Positions 38,079 to 48,418 of a DNA stretch of 64,000 nt are shown here, piece by piece (positions within the stretch are counted from its first letter, which is position 1; each line of letters opens with the position of its first letter). The stretch is taken from IMG/VR virus record IMGVR_UViG_3300028559_000027. One strand, 5' to 3'. The translations under genes were made by a program, and so were the position numbers. Origin of the DNA: an uncultured virus (IMG/VR IMGVR_UViG_3300028559_000027) (Duplodnaviria > Heunggongvirae > Uroviricota > Caudoviricetes). Below the pieces are notes generated by a model. The model was not told the origin of the DNA, did no database searches, and worked only from the letters and a program-made list of their open reading frames with translations.

Positions 38079-39083
38079 TTAAGACTTGTTTTGTCTAGCA
38101 CGAATCATTGCTAGAATATCTTGTGCTTTGTCACTTGATGTGCCAGATGCCGGTACACTAACTGGTGCAGTTGTTGTTGCGGGTTCATCTTCCCATGGTG
38201 CTGAAGTTTCTGCTACGGGTGCTGTTGCGGTTGCTCTAGTTTCAGTAGTAGCTGTTTGTTTATCCGCTGTCGCTCCTGCAGGTGCTTCTAGTCCCCAAGG
38301 ACGATAGTAACTACCCCAACGCTCATTGTCAAACGGTTGACCATCTACTGATGCTTCAAACATTTCTTTAATGATGCGTAACTCTGCTTCATTAGGCTTC
38401 TTAGGTAAGAAGTCTGTTAAGTTGAACAAACCATGTGCTTCAATAGCGGCTTGTTCTGACTCATTCAATGGTGATTCTTTACGTGCCCAATTACTAGTAG
38501 AGTAATCTGCGTAGCCACCTTTACTTGTTTTCTTAATGTTGAAGTCAACACCACGCAAGTAATCTGTTGGCAATTCTTCCATTTCAGGATCCATCAAACT
38601 AGATTTAATCACATTAAAAATTTGTGAGCTGATAACAAATCTGCGGATTGGATTTGCTGGTAATTTGTCGTCGCCTAGTGGATTCTGACGAACAAAACCT
38701 TGGAAGATGTAACTACGTTTCTTCCAATACTTGTTAGCCATTTCTTTCAATGTTTCGTCTTTGTACCAAGGACGAACTTCTGCCAAGATTGGGCAAGTCT
38801 CACCTGTACCATACATTTCAATACAAGGTACTTGAACAACTATTTGTTTAATGTTTGAATCACCCTTGACACCATTGAACGGCAACTTAATCAGTTGACG
38901 CTCTACCCAGAAAAATGTATTACTACTATTTGCATCGGGCAAGAAACGAACTGTGGCTGTTGTGCCTTCGTCAATATTCCAATGGGGATAGATAGAGTTA
39001 TCTGATTGAGTATTAGAACTCTTGTTGTTTGTTTTGTTGTCTTGTGCCGCGATACGAGCACGAATGTCTGCTAATGATGCCAT
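38079..39083 (-). CDS. Single-stranded DNA-binding protein, gp32-like
   Basis: VRFLPD, C.E..G..CP, G.DF.IKK...GY.DY..S.W. Confidence 0.85.
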   Translation of the reverse strand: MASLADIRARIAAQDNKTNNKSSNTQSDNSIYPHWNIDEGTTATVRFLPDANSSNTFFWVERQLIKLPFNGVKGDSNIKQIVVQVPCIEMYGTGETCPILAEVRPWYKDETLKEMANKYWKKRSYIFQGFVRQNPLGDDKLPANPIRRFVISSQIFNVIKSSLMDPEMEELPTDYLRGVDFNIKKTSKGGYADYSTSNWARKESPLNESEQAAIEAHGLFNLTDFLPKKPNEAELRIIKEMFEASVDGQPFDNERWGSYYRPWGLEAPAGATADKQTATTETRATATAPVAETSAPWEDEPATTTAPVSVPASGTSSDKAQDILAMIRARQNKS

Positions 39084-39241
39084 GATAATATTTCCTTATA
39101 AAATTGAGATGGTCTCGTTTTTTAATATTCGCTACTTCCCTATGAAGTAGCTAACATTAGAGATAGTATAGCAGTACTATCTCTCAATGTCAATAGTATT
39201 TATCCCGTTTGTGGGTAAACACATTTTTTTCTACGGTTTTT

Positions 39242-40534
39242 TTACCCTTTTATATAGGGTAGTTCGATTAATTTGTCCAACATACGTGAATATGTTTCAG
39301 ATAAATTTTTACCTCTCAACACATCATATTGAACTACTTCTTGTTCTAAATTAGGTTTAACGTCATTTTCCATCCAGTTAGCGACTTCTTTTGGTGATAC
39401 TGGTGTAGAATCATCACCCAAGTTATATAACTTAGGTAAATATTTTATTAACATATCCTGAATCTGTTTATCCGAATATCCATTTTGTTGAATAAATGAA
39501 ACATATTTACTCTTAAACATGGTAAATAATCCATATATATGGTCGTCTCTCCATTCATTGTAATCACTATTGTCCTGAGTTGTTAGAACACCTTGTTTAT
39601 TAAGAATTTTGGTATCTTCTAGTTGCAGTTCGGGTTGAATAGCTGTAGTCGGGGAACCGCCGGATGGACGTTTACCTGCTATCCAAGGGATACTTGCTTT
39701 TCGTTTTGTGCGGGCAATTAAATCATTTACATTAAGTACTTCTTGCTCAATCTGTTTTCGCATACCTATAATAGCATTTTTTTCTTGTTCTATTTCGCTA
39801 TCAAAATTGTCAATTTGTTTTTGATAACCTTGAACTATATCAGAATACTTTTTAATTTCTTCAGCAGAATTTTTAGCTATTTGTTGTAGTTCTACATTAG
39901 TAGTCTTTTTATAGTTATCTGTTTTATCAATGTAATTTTGAAATCGCATTTCTTTACTATCCAAATCTTGCTTTGTTTTTTCAAGTTGTGCGGCAACCGC
40001 ATCATAATTAACATTTGCTTTACTTTGAATATTGTTTACTAGACTTTGTAACTTCTTAACATCAGCATCTTCTGCACCATTACTATTAGCCAAACTAGTA
40101 ATCTGTTGCTCTATCTCTTTGTATTTCTCAGCATCCATACCAGGCTTAGATTTTAAATCTTCTAAATCTTTTTGTAGCTTCTCTAACTCATCAGCACTTA
40201 CTTTAGCCTTCTGTTGTCTATCAGCACTACCAGTAGTTAATGCACCACTTAGTTGTTTCAATCTTTCAACTTCACGGTCAGTTTCTTGTGCTTGGTCTTC
40301 ATAATCTTGTAACTCTTGCCCAATAGACTTAATAGCCTTCTGTTGGGTATTGATTAAGTTATTTTGTGCATCATCAGTTTTTTGTTGTTTGGCAGCTTTA
40401 TCAGCTATGTATAAGGACAATGCTTGTTGGCTATCATAGCCAGGAAACCTCAACATGGCTCTCTGCATCAAATCTTTATCTAAAGATAATGTAGGACCTT
40501 TTTGTGCTTCTCTTAACAATGACGATATTTTCAT
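39242..40534 (-). CDS. Coiled-coil hypothetical protein
   Basis: Q/K/E heptads; N-terminus MKISSLLRE. Confidence 0.65.
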   Translation of the reverse strand: MKISSLLREAQKGPTLSLDKDLMQRAMLRFPGYDSQQALSLYIADKAAKQQKTDDAQNNLINTQQKAIKSIGQELQDYEDQAQETDREVERLKQLSGALTTGSADRQQKAKVSADELEKLQKDLEDLKSKPGMDAEKYKEIEQQITSLANSNGAEDADVKKLQSLVNNIQSKANVNYDAVAAQLEKTKQDLDSKEMRFQNYIDKTDNYKKTTNVELQQIAKNSAEEIKKYSDIVQGYQKQIDNFDSEIEQEKNAIIGMRKQIEQEVLNVNDLIARTKRKASIPWIAGKRPSGGSPTTAIQPELQLEDTKILNKQGVLTTQDNSDYNEWRDDHIYGLFTMFKSKYVSFIQQNGYSDKQIQDMLIKYLPKLYNLGDDSTPVSPKEVANWMENDVKPNLEQEVVQYDVLRGKNLSETYSRMLDKLIELPYIKG

Positions 40535-40535
40535 A

Positions 40536-42782
40536 TTACTTTTTTAACAAACGTCTAATAGTATCTAGGTCTTCTTGACCTTCTGATACAGGTTTTTCTT
40601 TATCGCTGTATTCAGCACGAATGTTTTGCATTGTTTTTTCACTAGCATGTTTTTGACCAGCGGCACGCAGTTTATCCATACCTTTTTTACCGTACTTCTT
40701 AATACCAAAAGACGCTTGCAGTGCGCTTTCTTCAATATCATCTTCAACAATATCTGAATCATCATTTGGTTTAGCCATACTAGGTTTACCGTGTTGTGAT
40801 CCTGCCGGGGCACCTACATCTTTTTGTATCTTCTTCAATAGTTCTTCGTCACTACCATGACCTAATTTATCTAATACTTTACCACCAACTTTTTTAACTG
40901 CATCTTTAACTTTGTCAAACATTCCTTCATCCGTACTCATTAAATCTGATTCTTGTAAACCATTACTTTGTAATATGTTAGTAATCTTAAAATATATATT
41001 TTTTACTTGGCTTCGTATCTCTGGGCTCATGTCATCTGGAGTAGCATACATCATTACTTTTTGTAACATACCTAATTGATTTTTAAGTTCTTGTGCATCA
41101 TCATATGATACTTTTAAATCAGGTACTCGTTTGATATCATAACCAAATACTCTAGCCTCATCCATATCTTCTTCTTTAAAGATACCCAAATCTTTTCCAC
41201 CCTTCATAAAGTTGCCACCTGGGTCACTAGGATTATTTCTTGCTAATTCTTTTGCTTTAACATCAAAATCAGGCTTCTTACCTGTCGGTGTTATACCTGC
41301 ATCTTTTTGTAATTTTGTAATTAGGTCTTCTTCATTGCCGCCACCCAATTTATCAAATACTTTACTTCCAACCTTTTTAACATTGTCCAATATACCTTCA
41401 TCCATATTACTCAATGAACGTTCTACTTGTTTTACCCAACCACTTACATCGCTTGACCCAATTTCTTCAACGTCACCTACAAAATCTGCAACGTCGGCAA
41501 TAGCAGCCAATACTTTATCAGGACCATGCTTTAATAATTCAGGGTGTTGACGTATGATGCGGCGAGTTATTGCACTTACTACTGGATCATCAATATCATC
41601 AAAACCTTCATCTATCTCTTTGTCTAATTTGTCAGCAAAGTGTGCAAGTGCTGGACTCTTGCCTGCCATATATGCATCCACGGCTGCACCTTCATCCATG
41701 TCACCCTCTTCCAAATCAAATGCTTTTAAATTCTTAGCGTCTGTTCTAACATTGTGTCCAAGTGTTTCAGCACCAGGTGCCTCTGTTAAACTATCAGCCC
41801 ACTCACTTAACTCATTGACTTCTTTCATCTCTGCTACTTTCTTTTGTAGTTTGTTCAATATTGGCATTACACTTTCAATACGTGGGTCTAATGTCTCTTG
41901 TACAAACAACTCATTTAAGTTGTTTTCTTCAGTTTCATCTTCCATCAATGATGGTGTCCAACTTTCAAAATAACTATTGTAACCACGATGACCAGTCATT
42001 CTACTTAATGTTTCACGTAGACCTTGATAGTGATTGATACCTTCATTAACTAATCGTTGTGCTGATTCATTGAACTGACCATTACGTGTAGCACGAACGA
42101 ATGCGCCCATTTTTTGATATTCTTCTACCAAGCTAGTAACGTGATTCCAACGTTCACCGTGTGGCTTATCACCTTCAGCAATCAATCGACCATATACACG
42201 TGCAATACCTGGCTTGATAGTTGGAGCTAAGAATCTTTCACCTTCACCATTCTCTAGGAAGATTTTAGCGATATTACGATAACGTTGTTCACCTTCTTCA
42301 ATTTGACGAGTGTGTTGTAATACAATTTTTACATTTGGCACAGCATCATTGTAACTTGCCTTTTTACCCATTGGGTAGTAACCTTCAGATATTCTTTCTT
42401 GCTTTTTCATATATTCCCTTTTTGCCATATCGTGTTTCAAATGGTCAATATTCTTTAACTCAAAACTCAATTGATATTTTTGTGCGAAACGCTTCAACTG
42501 ATTTAATACTTTATACCAAGATTCATCTTCTCCGTGACTTTCTTCTTTTTCACTATTAGCTACTTCATCACTAAAGTATATGCATAATTTATGCAATCCA
42601 TCAATAGATATAGTTACTTTACCGTAATCTTCTCCGTCTTTGATGAAGTTGAATTGGAATACTTCTGCTTCTTCTGGGGTAGGAATTTCTTTACCTGAGG
42701 TATCTAGCATAGTAGGATCGAACCCTTTACTGTGTAAAAGGTCAAATAATGAGCGGTTTAAGGATTCTGAATTTTTTGGCAT
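40536..42782 (-). CDS. Large acidic modular protein, probably head-associated
   Basis: Late promoter 4 nt upstream; internal repeat EG..D.VKKVG.KV.DKLG.G..E.L..K.QKD.G. Confidence 0.6.
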   Translation of the reverse strand: MPKNSESLNRSLFDLLHSKGFDPTMLDTSGKEIPTPEEAEVFQFNFIKDGEDYGKVTISIDGLHKLCIYFSDEVANSEKEESHGEDESWYKVLNQLKRFAQKYQLSFELKNIDHLKHDMAKREYMKKQERISEGYYPMGKKASYNDAVPNVKIVLQHTRQIEEGEQRYRNIAKIFLENGEGERFLAPTIKPGIARVYGRLIAEGDKPHGERWNHVTSLVEEYQKMGAFVRATRNGQFNESAQRLVNEGINHYQGLRETLSRMTGHRGYNSYFESWTPSLMEDETEENNLNELFVQETLDPRIESVMPILNKLQKKVAEMKEVNELSEWADSLTEAPGAETLGHNVRTDAKNLKAFDLEEGDMDEGAAVDAYMAGKSPALAHFADKLDKEIDEGFDDIDDPVVSAITRRIIRQHPELLKHGPDKVLAAIADVADFVGDVEEIGSSDVSGWVKQVERSLSNMDEGILDNVKKVGSKVFDKLGGGNEEDLITKLQKDAGITPTGKKPDFDVKAKELARNNPSDPGGNFMKGGKDLGIFKEEDMDEARVFGYDIKRVPDLKVSYDDAQELKNQLGMLQKVMMYATPDDMSPEIRSQVKNIYFKITNILQSNGLQESDLMSTDEGMFDKVKDAVKKVGGKVLDKLGHGSDEELLKKIQKDVGAPAGSQHGKPSMAKPNDDSDIVEDDIEESALQASFGIKKYGKKGMDKLRAAGQKHASEKTMQNIRAEYSDKEKPVSEGQEDLDTIRRLLKK

Positions 42783-42803
42783 AATGTATTTATCAAATAT
42801 TGT

Positions 42804-44351
42804 TTAACCCATGACCGCATAAAACGGTAAAGGCATTATAACTTCGTTGTGGTCTCTGATTTGATTCTCTAAATCATAATGATAGTCACTTAACTGCTGT
42901 AACATACGTGTTACTAATAAACTAGCCATAATCAAGTCATCAGTATCACCAGTTTTAGCGGCATAACTACCACCGTGTGCTACAAACGCTTTTAATTCAC
43001 TGATAAGACTACGACTATTTACAGTCATCTTCTTGCTTTCAACTAATGTTTTAAACTTAGCACAACTAGCTAATTTACTCTTATTAGTTGTATTAAACCC
43101 TCTACGTCCTTTACCTACCTCACTGATAAAAATACCCGGAATATTACCTTCCCCGTATTCGTTTAATGATATAATTGCGGCTTCACCAATTCCATTACAT
43201 TCGATGCTGTAATAGATATTATTGGGTTCATTGGTACATTCAGCAATATGTTTGTTAATCTGTGCTAATAGTTTAATCTGACTAGGAATATCAGTTTTGT
43301 TATGTTTCCATTCACCTACTTGAGTAGTAGTGTTTGCTTCAAAGATTTGAATAGCTGATGGATCGCCACCTGTGCCAAGACTTGGATCTAATCCCACACA
43401 ATATATATTACCCTTACTTGGTTTCTTATACCAACGAACTTGACCTATACGACTTACTGGTTCTATGCCTTCCATTGCAATCAATGTGTTTGGATTGATT
43501 AATGTTTCATCGGCAATAATAAACTCGCAACCAATTTCACGATTGAAACGATCCTCACCAAGCTGTGATTTCATCTCTGCCGCCCATTTGTCATCTCGAC
43601 CGGGCTGTTCACTCCAATGTGCCCTATACGCTCTAAATCCATTAACTCCTACTTCAGTGGTGTTACCAAATTCATCTTCTGTCTTATTAGCACCCTTCCA
43701 AATAAATGCAAACTGATCCTCGTCACTGTTTGGTGTACTTGTAATAATAGCCTTACCACCAGTTGACAATGTAGGAGTAATAGATGTCCAGAATTCTTTA
43801 GCAATGCTTGGTCTAACGAATGCGAACTCGTCTAGGTATAGTAATGTAATAGACATACCACGACCAGTATTTTCAGTAGTTGTTGCACTTACAATACGAC
43901 TTCCATTCTCAAAGTCTAATGAGCCTTTGTTGTATGTTGTTACACCTGCTTTAATATGATCCGGGCAGTTTTCATATGCGTAACGTATACGTTGCATAAT
44001 CTCCTGAGCACCTGTATATTTGTGTGCCGCAACTAAGATAGTAGAGTCGGGAACAAACATTGCGTACCAAAGTAGATAACCAGCCGCTGAAGTTGATTTA
44101 CCTGATTGTCGTGGCATCAAGCTAATTGAATAACGATAATTGTGATATGTTTCAATCAATCGTTTTTGATAAGCCCAGGGATGATAGACCATACTACCTT
44201 TAGTAGGGTGTTGTATAATAAAGAAGTTATCCATAAAATATAGATAACCTGTATCCGGGTCACAGCATTTTATAAAATCCTGTAGTTCTTTGTCAGTTTT
44301 AAAAACTGTTTTAGTATAAGGATTTTTTACTAGTGATGGTGTATTACTCAT
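42804..44351 (-). CDS. Terminase large subunit, T4 gp17-like
   Basis: PRQSGKST, YLDEFAF, ITSTPN, GLDPSLG, DDLIMA. Confidence 0.95.
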   Translation of the reverse strand: MSNTPSLVKNPYTKTVFKTDKELQDFIKCCDPDTGYLYFMDNFFIIQHPTKGSMVYHPWAYQKRLIETYHNYRYSISLMPRQSGKSTSAAGYLLWYAMFVPDSTILVAAHKYTGAQEIMQRIRYAYENCPDHIKAGVTTYNKGSLDFENGSRIVSATTTENTGRGMSITLLYLDEFAFVRPSIAKEFWTSITPTLSTGGKAIITSTPNSDEDQFAFIWKGANKTEDEFGNTTEVGVNGFRAYRAHWSEQPGRDDKWAAEMKSQLGEDRFNREIGCEFIIADETLINPNTLIAMEGIEPVSRIGQVRWYKKPSKGNIYCVGLDPSLGTGGDPSAIQIFEANTTTQVGEWKHNKTDIPSQIKLLAQINKHIAECTNEPNNIYYSIECNGIGEAAIISLNEYGEGNIPGIFISEVGKGRRGFNTTNKSKLASCAKFKTLVESKKMTVNSRSLISELKAFVAHGGSYAAKTGDTDDLIMASLLVTRMLQQLSDYHYDLENQIRDHNEVIMPLPFYAVMG

Positions 44352-44386
44352 AACAAGTATTTAGTTTGGAACAATATCTATAGTAA

Positions 44387-45145
44387 CTAAATTAATTGTT
44401 GTATTAAATTACTTATTGCCAAATGTTCTTCATGTATGTTATGGTGTCTTAATAAAATTTCTTTAAAATACGGATAGTTGACAGATTCACTTAATCTATT
44501 TTGAATAGCTAAGTTAGCTTTGATTCTAGGAATATACGATAATGGAATAGGTTTTTTGTTAACTTGTTCATAGATATAATTCAAATAATCCATTTTAAAC
44601 AAATCATCAAAATTAACTATATAATTATATTTATCCTCGTATCCACGATCTTCATTTTGTATTTTGGGTGTGCTGTATAATGCAGTATTAACTAAATAAC
44701 TTGTATTTTTTCTTATTTCTTCTGTATGATTTTCTATATCTCTTTTATCAACAGTTATATGTGGTCTAGTTCTATCAATGCCATAATACAAACTTTTTAA
44801 CCACCCAAAATATGCTACATCTAATCTTTCTTCCTCAGTAGTGGCAATTATTTTTATTTTGATTAGATTATGCTCATCTGCTAATCTAAACATATCATCA
44901 TAATTTGTTATTGCTTCTGGAAAAGAGTCAATTGTTGAAACGGCTCCATCTTTCATACTATGAACTTTTACTGTTCTACCATTTACCGGTGGTAAAGAAT
45001 AGAAAGTTCCATTAATATTACTTTTTCTATCACATAATAAATTACATAAAAAATCTCCACGGGCGCCAATGCAATATCGCATTAGAAATCTTTTTGGTTC
45101 TATCATTTGATGTCTAAAGGTCTTGCTTTTGTAGCAAGGATACAA
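44387..45145 (-). CDS. Hypothetical protein, AT-rich
   Basis: ORF track; true start probably MIEPKRF. Confidence 0.55.
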   Translation of the reverse strand: MYPCYKSKTFRHQMIEPKRFLMRYCIGARGDFLCNLLCDRKSNINGTFYSLPPVNGRTVKVHSMKDGAVSTIDSFPEAITNYDDMFRLADEHNLIKIKIIATTEEERLDVAYFGWLKSLYYGIDRTRPHITVDKRDIENHTEEIRKNTSYLVNTALYSTPKIQNEDRGYEDKYNYIVNFDDLFKMDYLNYIYEQVNKKPIPLSYIPRIKANLAIQNRLSESVNYPYFKEILLRHHNIHEEHLAISNLIQQLI

Positions 45146-45792
45146 TAATATTTTTCTTTAGATGTTACTAGTTCACCGTTTTCACCTGGTGCTTGAATAT
45201 CAAATTCTAAATTGTTAAAGTAATCAATATTGAATCCACAACGTGTTAATAGTGCTGCCAATTGCTGTTCACCTAAAATACTATAATGATTTAAATTCCA
45301 TTCATGTCTGCGGTCACAGTTTGGCGAGGGGACTTCGATGTAAATCTTACCACCTTGTTTTAAGACACGATTGTATTCCATTATACTAAAGATAGGATAT
45401 GGACTATGTTCTAATGCATGACGTAAGAAAATAAAGTCTACACTTTCATCAAAGTATCCGTCTTTTTGTGGTAAGAAACTTAAATCATATTTTGCAATAG
45501 TATGACCCTTATCTTCACAAATTTTAATATCGCCGGGGCTTAATGTAATTCCGGTAACATCTGTATAGTTACGAGTTTTCATTTCATCCAAAAAATAGCC
45601 CGGGCCACATCCCAAATCTAATATTTTACTATTTTTTGATAAGTTGATCGGGTCTATGTATTTTAGAACTACTTCTTTGGTAAGATTTTCGTGCATTGGG
45701 CTGTTACCCTCGTCATAGATATGCGCTGTGTACAGCCATTCGTTGTAAAATTTTAACTTGATTAAGTCTAGTGTGTTGTTGATATCAATCAT
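45103..45792 (-). CDS. Class I SAM-dependent methyltransferase
   Basis: ILDLGCGPG, HALEH, RVLKQGG. Confidence 0.9.
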   Translation of the reverse strand: MIDINNTLDLIKLKFYNEWLYTAHIYDEGNSPMHENLTKEVVLKYIDPINLSKNSKILDLGCGPGYFLDEMKTRNYTDVTGITLSPGDIKICEDKGHTIAKYDLSFLPQKDGYFDESVDFIFLRHALEHSPYPIFSIMEYNRVLKQGGKIYIEVPSPNCDRRHEWNLNHYSILGEQQLAALLTRCGFNIDYFNNLEFDIQAPGENGELVTSKEKYYCILATKARPLDIK

Positions 45793-45843
45793 TGAGAATC
45801 CTATAAATTATACATTTACTTATTCTCAAAACTGATGGTGAAA

Positions 45844-46218
45844 TTATTTTTTATAGCCCTTGAAGGGTTTTGCAATACTTTGGGTATTTGTATCGGGTAA
45901 TTCTTCACTATCTAAATCACCATTATTTAAATCTTTGTATTCTAAACCGGCAGCTTTATATGCTAATTTAAGCATAGCCTGTTCTTCTTTAGTGTAGGGG
46001 TGTGTTGTGTTGTGTTTACCTACCCAACTTTCAGCATCCATTACAATTGGGTTTACCCCGTCGCTACTTGCTACAGCCATCATTAAGCGATTTAAATCGT
46101 ATAGTCTATCGTAACTATCTATTTTCTTTGAAAAAATATTTAAACCGCGGGTAGCGTGTTGTTGTTGTTTAGATATTTTACCAACCTTAGCTTCGGATAT
46201 AAATTCATTTGCTCTCAT
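45844..46218 (-). CDS. Small protein with CTS-like N-terminus
   Basis: MRANEFISE...DSEE..DT...S....FKGYKK; paralog of the next ORF. Confidence 0.65.
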   Translation of the reverse strand: MRANEFISEAKVGKISKQQQHATRGLNIFSKKIDSYDRLYDLNRLMMAVASSDGVNPIVMDAESWVGKHNTTHPYTKEEQAMLKLAYKAAGLEYKDLNNGDLDSEELPDTNTQSIAKPFKGYKK

Positions 46219-46592
46219 CTTCTCTTATAACCCTTAAATCCCTTTATTGGGCTATCTATACCAGTATCAGATGTTTCTTCGCTATCTTTACTTGTAACTA
46301 ATACTTTACTACCCTTAAGACCCATTTCACCCAAAGCAAAATCAATATCATCTGCTACATCTGGATTCATATATCCGGAAACTAGTTGATTTTCTCCCCA
46401 AACAGACTCTCTATCCATTTTAGGTATATCACCATTACGTGCAGCCTTTGCACCTGCCAGTGCTACAGCAAATCTATATTGCAAATATGCATTTTGATTC
46501 TGTAATTCTGGTATTACCCAAGTCGCAGGTAATGGTTTAGTAATCCTATCAGGCAAATTATTTTCCTCGGTTATAAATTCTTTTGCTCTCAT
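46215..46592 (-). CDS. Small protein with CTS-like N-terminus
   Basis: MRAKEFITE...DSEE..DT...S....FKGYKRR. Confidence 0.65.
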   Translation of the reverse strand: MRAKEFITEENNLPDRITKPLPATWVIPELQNQNAYLQYRFAVALAGAKAARNGDIPKMDRESVWGENQLVSGYMNPDVADDIDFALGEMGLKGSKVLVTSKDSEETSDTGIDSPIKGFKGYKRR

Positions 46593-46593
46593 C

Positions 46594-47415
46594 TTAATTC
46601 TCAGTTGTTAAGATATCATTATTCTCTGTGCCTAACACTGAATCAACATATCCATTAAGAGCAATATCAACACCCGGGGTGATTTCACCAATGAACGTAA
46701 CTTGAGATGCTATAAAGTGTAGTATGAATGTGTTTGCAATAGGATTAGCAAGAATTCTAACATTACCACCACTTACATCCATATCGTATCTAGTCAATGC
46801 ATTACCTGCAAAGGTCATAGCATAACCAGTGAATTTCACTGCGTTATTGTTATTTGTAAGTTGTGCTGAAATTGTGATATCTTGGCTATCAGGAGTTCCC
46901 GGATCACTTGAACGAATTTGAAACATACCCTGGGTGAATGCATTTGCCGGGTATTCATATATAACTTGCCCTGCAGTTAATCCACTTGTGTAAACATTAC
47001 TTGTATTAACAGTAGTAAAGAATAAATTACTAAAGTTATTGTTAATTTTACCAAACGCAACTCGTAAGGGATCACCTAAACCATCATTGGGTGTTACACC
47101 AATGTTAATATATTCTTGTGCTCCGTAAGGTCCTTCACTGGTAGTGAATGATAGTAACTGTGGTTCAGTATAAGTAGATTCAACAATTTGTGTCGTGTTG
47201 AATATAACCTGACCAATATTTAAAATATTCTGTGTGCCACTATTGTTGGACACATTGCCTTCAGGAAATTGTGAGGAATCAATTAACTCTACATTGGCAC
47301 CTATTGTGGTGAATAAGTTAGCAAAATTGTTGTTAATTTTATCAAATGCTAAACGAAGTGGATCACCAGAACCGTCGTTGGGTAACTCACCTGTTTCAAT
47401 AACTTCTTGTGTCAT
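46594..47415 (-). CDS. Baseplate/tail protein with two gp9/gp10-type N-terminal motifs
   Basis: G..PNDG.GDPLR.AF.KINNNF occurs twice. Confidence 0.75.
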   Translation of the reverse strand: MTQEVIETGELPNDGSGDPLRLAFDKINNNFANLFTTIGANVELIDSSQFPEGNVSNNSGTQNILNIGQVIFNTTQIVESTYTEPQLLSFTTSEGPYGAQEYINIGVTPNDGLGDPLRVAFGKINNNFSNLFFTTVNTSNVYTSGLTAGQVIYEYPANAFTQGMFQIRSSDPGTPDSQDITISAQLTNNNNAVKFTGYAMTFAGNALTRYDMDVSGGNVRILANPIANTFILHFIASQVTFIGEITPGVDIALNGYVDSVLGTENNDILTTEN

Positions 47416-47442
47416 TATAATTCCTAGACTATAATGTATTTA

Positions 47443-47715
47443 TCAGTTTCCAAACATACCTTTGGGTTGTTGGATGATAACTTGACGCTTACTACGTTGG
47501 ATTTCTTGTAGTGCTTTGATAGCTTGTATCTTTACTTCGTTGTCTGAACTTTTAACCATTTCAGTTAAGGCTGCTATACGTGCGGCTTCTGCTACGGTAG
47601 CATCTCTGCTCAATGACTTTTGTGCTTCTACATATACTGGATAGTTATCTACTGTTGCACAACCCGTCATTAAACACAATGCTAATAATATGCTACTATT
47701 TTGCAATGTTATCAT
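47443..47715 (-). CDS. Small lipoprotein
   Basis: Signal ILLALCLMTGC; likely start at 47715. Confidence 0.55.
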   Translation of the reverse strand: MITLQNSSILLALCLMTGCATVDNYPVYVEAQKSLSRDATVAEAARIAALTEMVKSSDNEVKIQAIKALQEIQRSKRQVIIQQPKGMFGN

Positions 47716-47959
47716 AGATTTTCTTCTGTGCGTTGTACCAATCTTGCCAACCATCTACTTTTGCACTACATTCCCAATACAATGAATAGTTGTGTACGAT
47801 AACTTTCATCATTTCAGTAATAGCTACTTTGTCACCCTCAATCTTTTTAAGGTCTTCGCATTTCTTCATAAGTTCAGGGGTAGCATTAGGGAATTTCTGA
47901 GTTACAGGAACTGTAGTTGAACATCCTGCAAGCAATAGAGCAACTAATAGATATTTCAT
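47696..47959 (-). CDS. o-spanin (Rz1-like lipoprotein)
   Basis: Lipobox LLAGC; P.ELM..C...NY..Y.EC; overlaps the i-spanin. Confidence 0.75.
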   Translation of the reverse strand: MKYLLVALLLAGCSTTVPVTQKFPNATPELMKKCEDLKKIEGDKVAITEMMKVIVHNYSLYWECSAKVDGWQDWYNAQKKIYDNIAK

Positions 47960-48414
47960 TTTGATGCTCCTTTATTCAACTCAGCGGCTTGATTATGCAA
48001 GTCTATGAATTCTTTAGGAACAGGGCAGTTTTCAATGTACTTGATAACTTCCTCTTTTTTAATGACTTCTTTATCAATGTATTTGATAATGTCACGGCCC
48101 TTTTCACGGATAACTTTAGTCTTTTCTACAACTTTTTCCTGTATTTCAGCATTCTTGTTTGCAGATTGTGCCTCAGCTTTTGCTACTTTAGCTTCCATCT
48201 CTTTAACTCTAAGTTCCCATTCTTTATAGTCGGCTAGGCCGCCCTCTAGATATACACCCAATACTAATACAATCAAGCTAATGACTTGTATTGCTAGTTT
48301 ATAGGTTTTAACAAAAGGAATAAATCCTAGGACGAATCCTGCTATTGTGCCCAAAATACCCAATCCAAAGATTGTATGTATTGCGGCTTCGGGTAGTATT
48401 GATAGTATCCACAT
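47956..48414 (-). CDS. i-spanin (Rz-like)
   Basis: N-terminal TM helices, coiled coil, C-terminal C.VP..F..LHN.A; likely start MWILS at 48414. Confidence 0.75.
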   Translation of the reverse strand: MWILSILPEAAIHTIFGLGILGTIAGFVLGFIPFVKTYKLAIQVISLIVLVLGVYLEGGLADYKEWELRVKEMEAKVAKAEAQSANKNAEIQEKVVEKTKVIREKGRDIIKYIDKEVIKKEEVIKYIENCPVPKEFIDLHNQAAELNKGASK

Positions 48415-48418
48415 AAAG

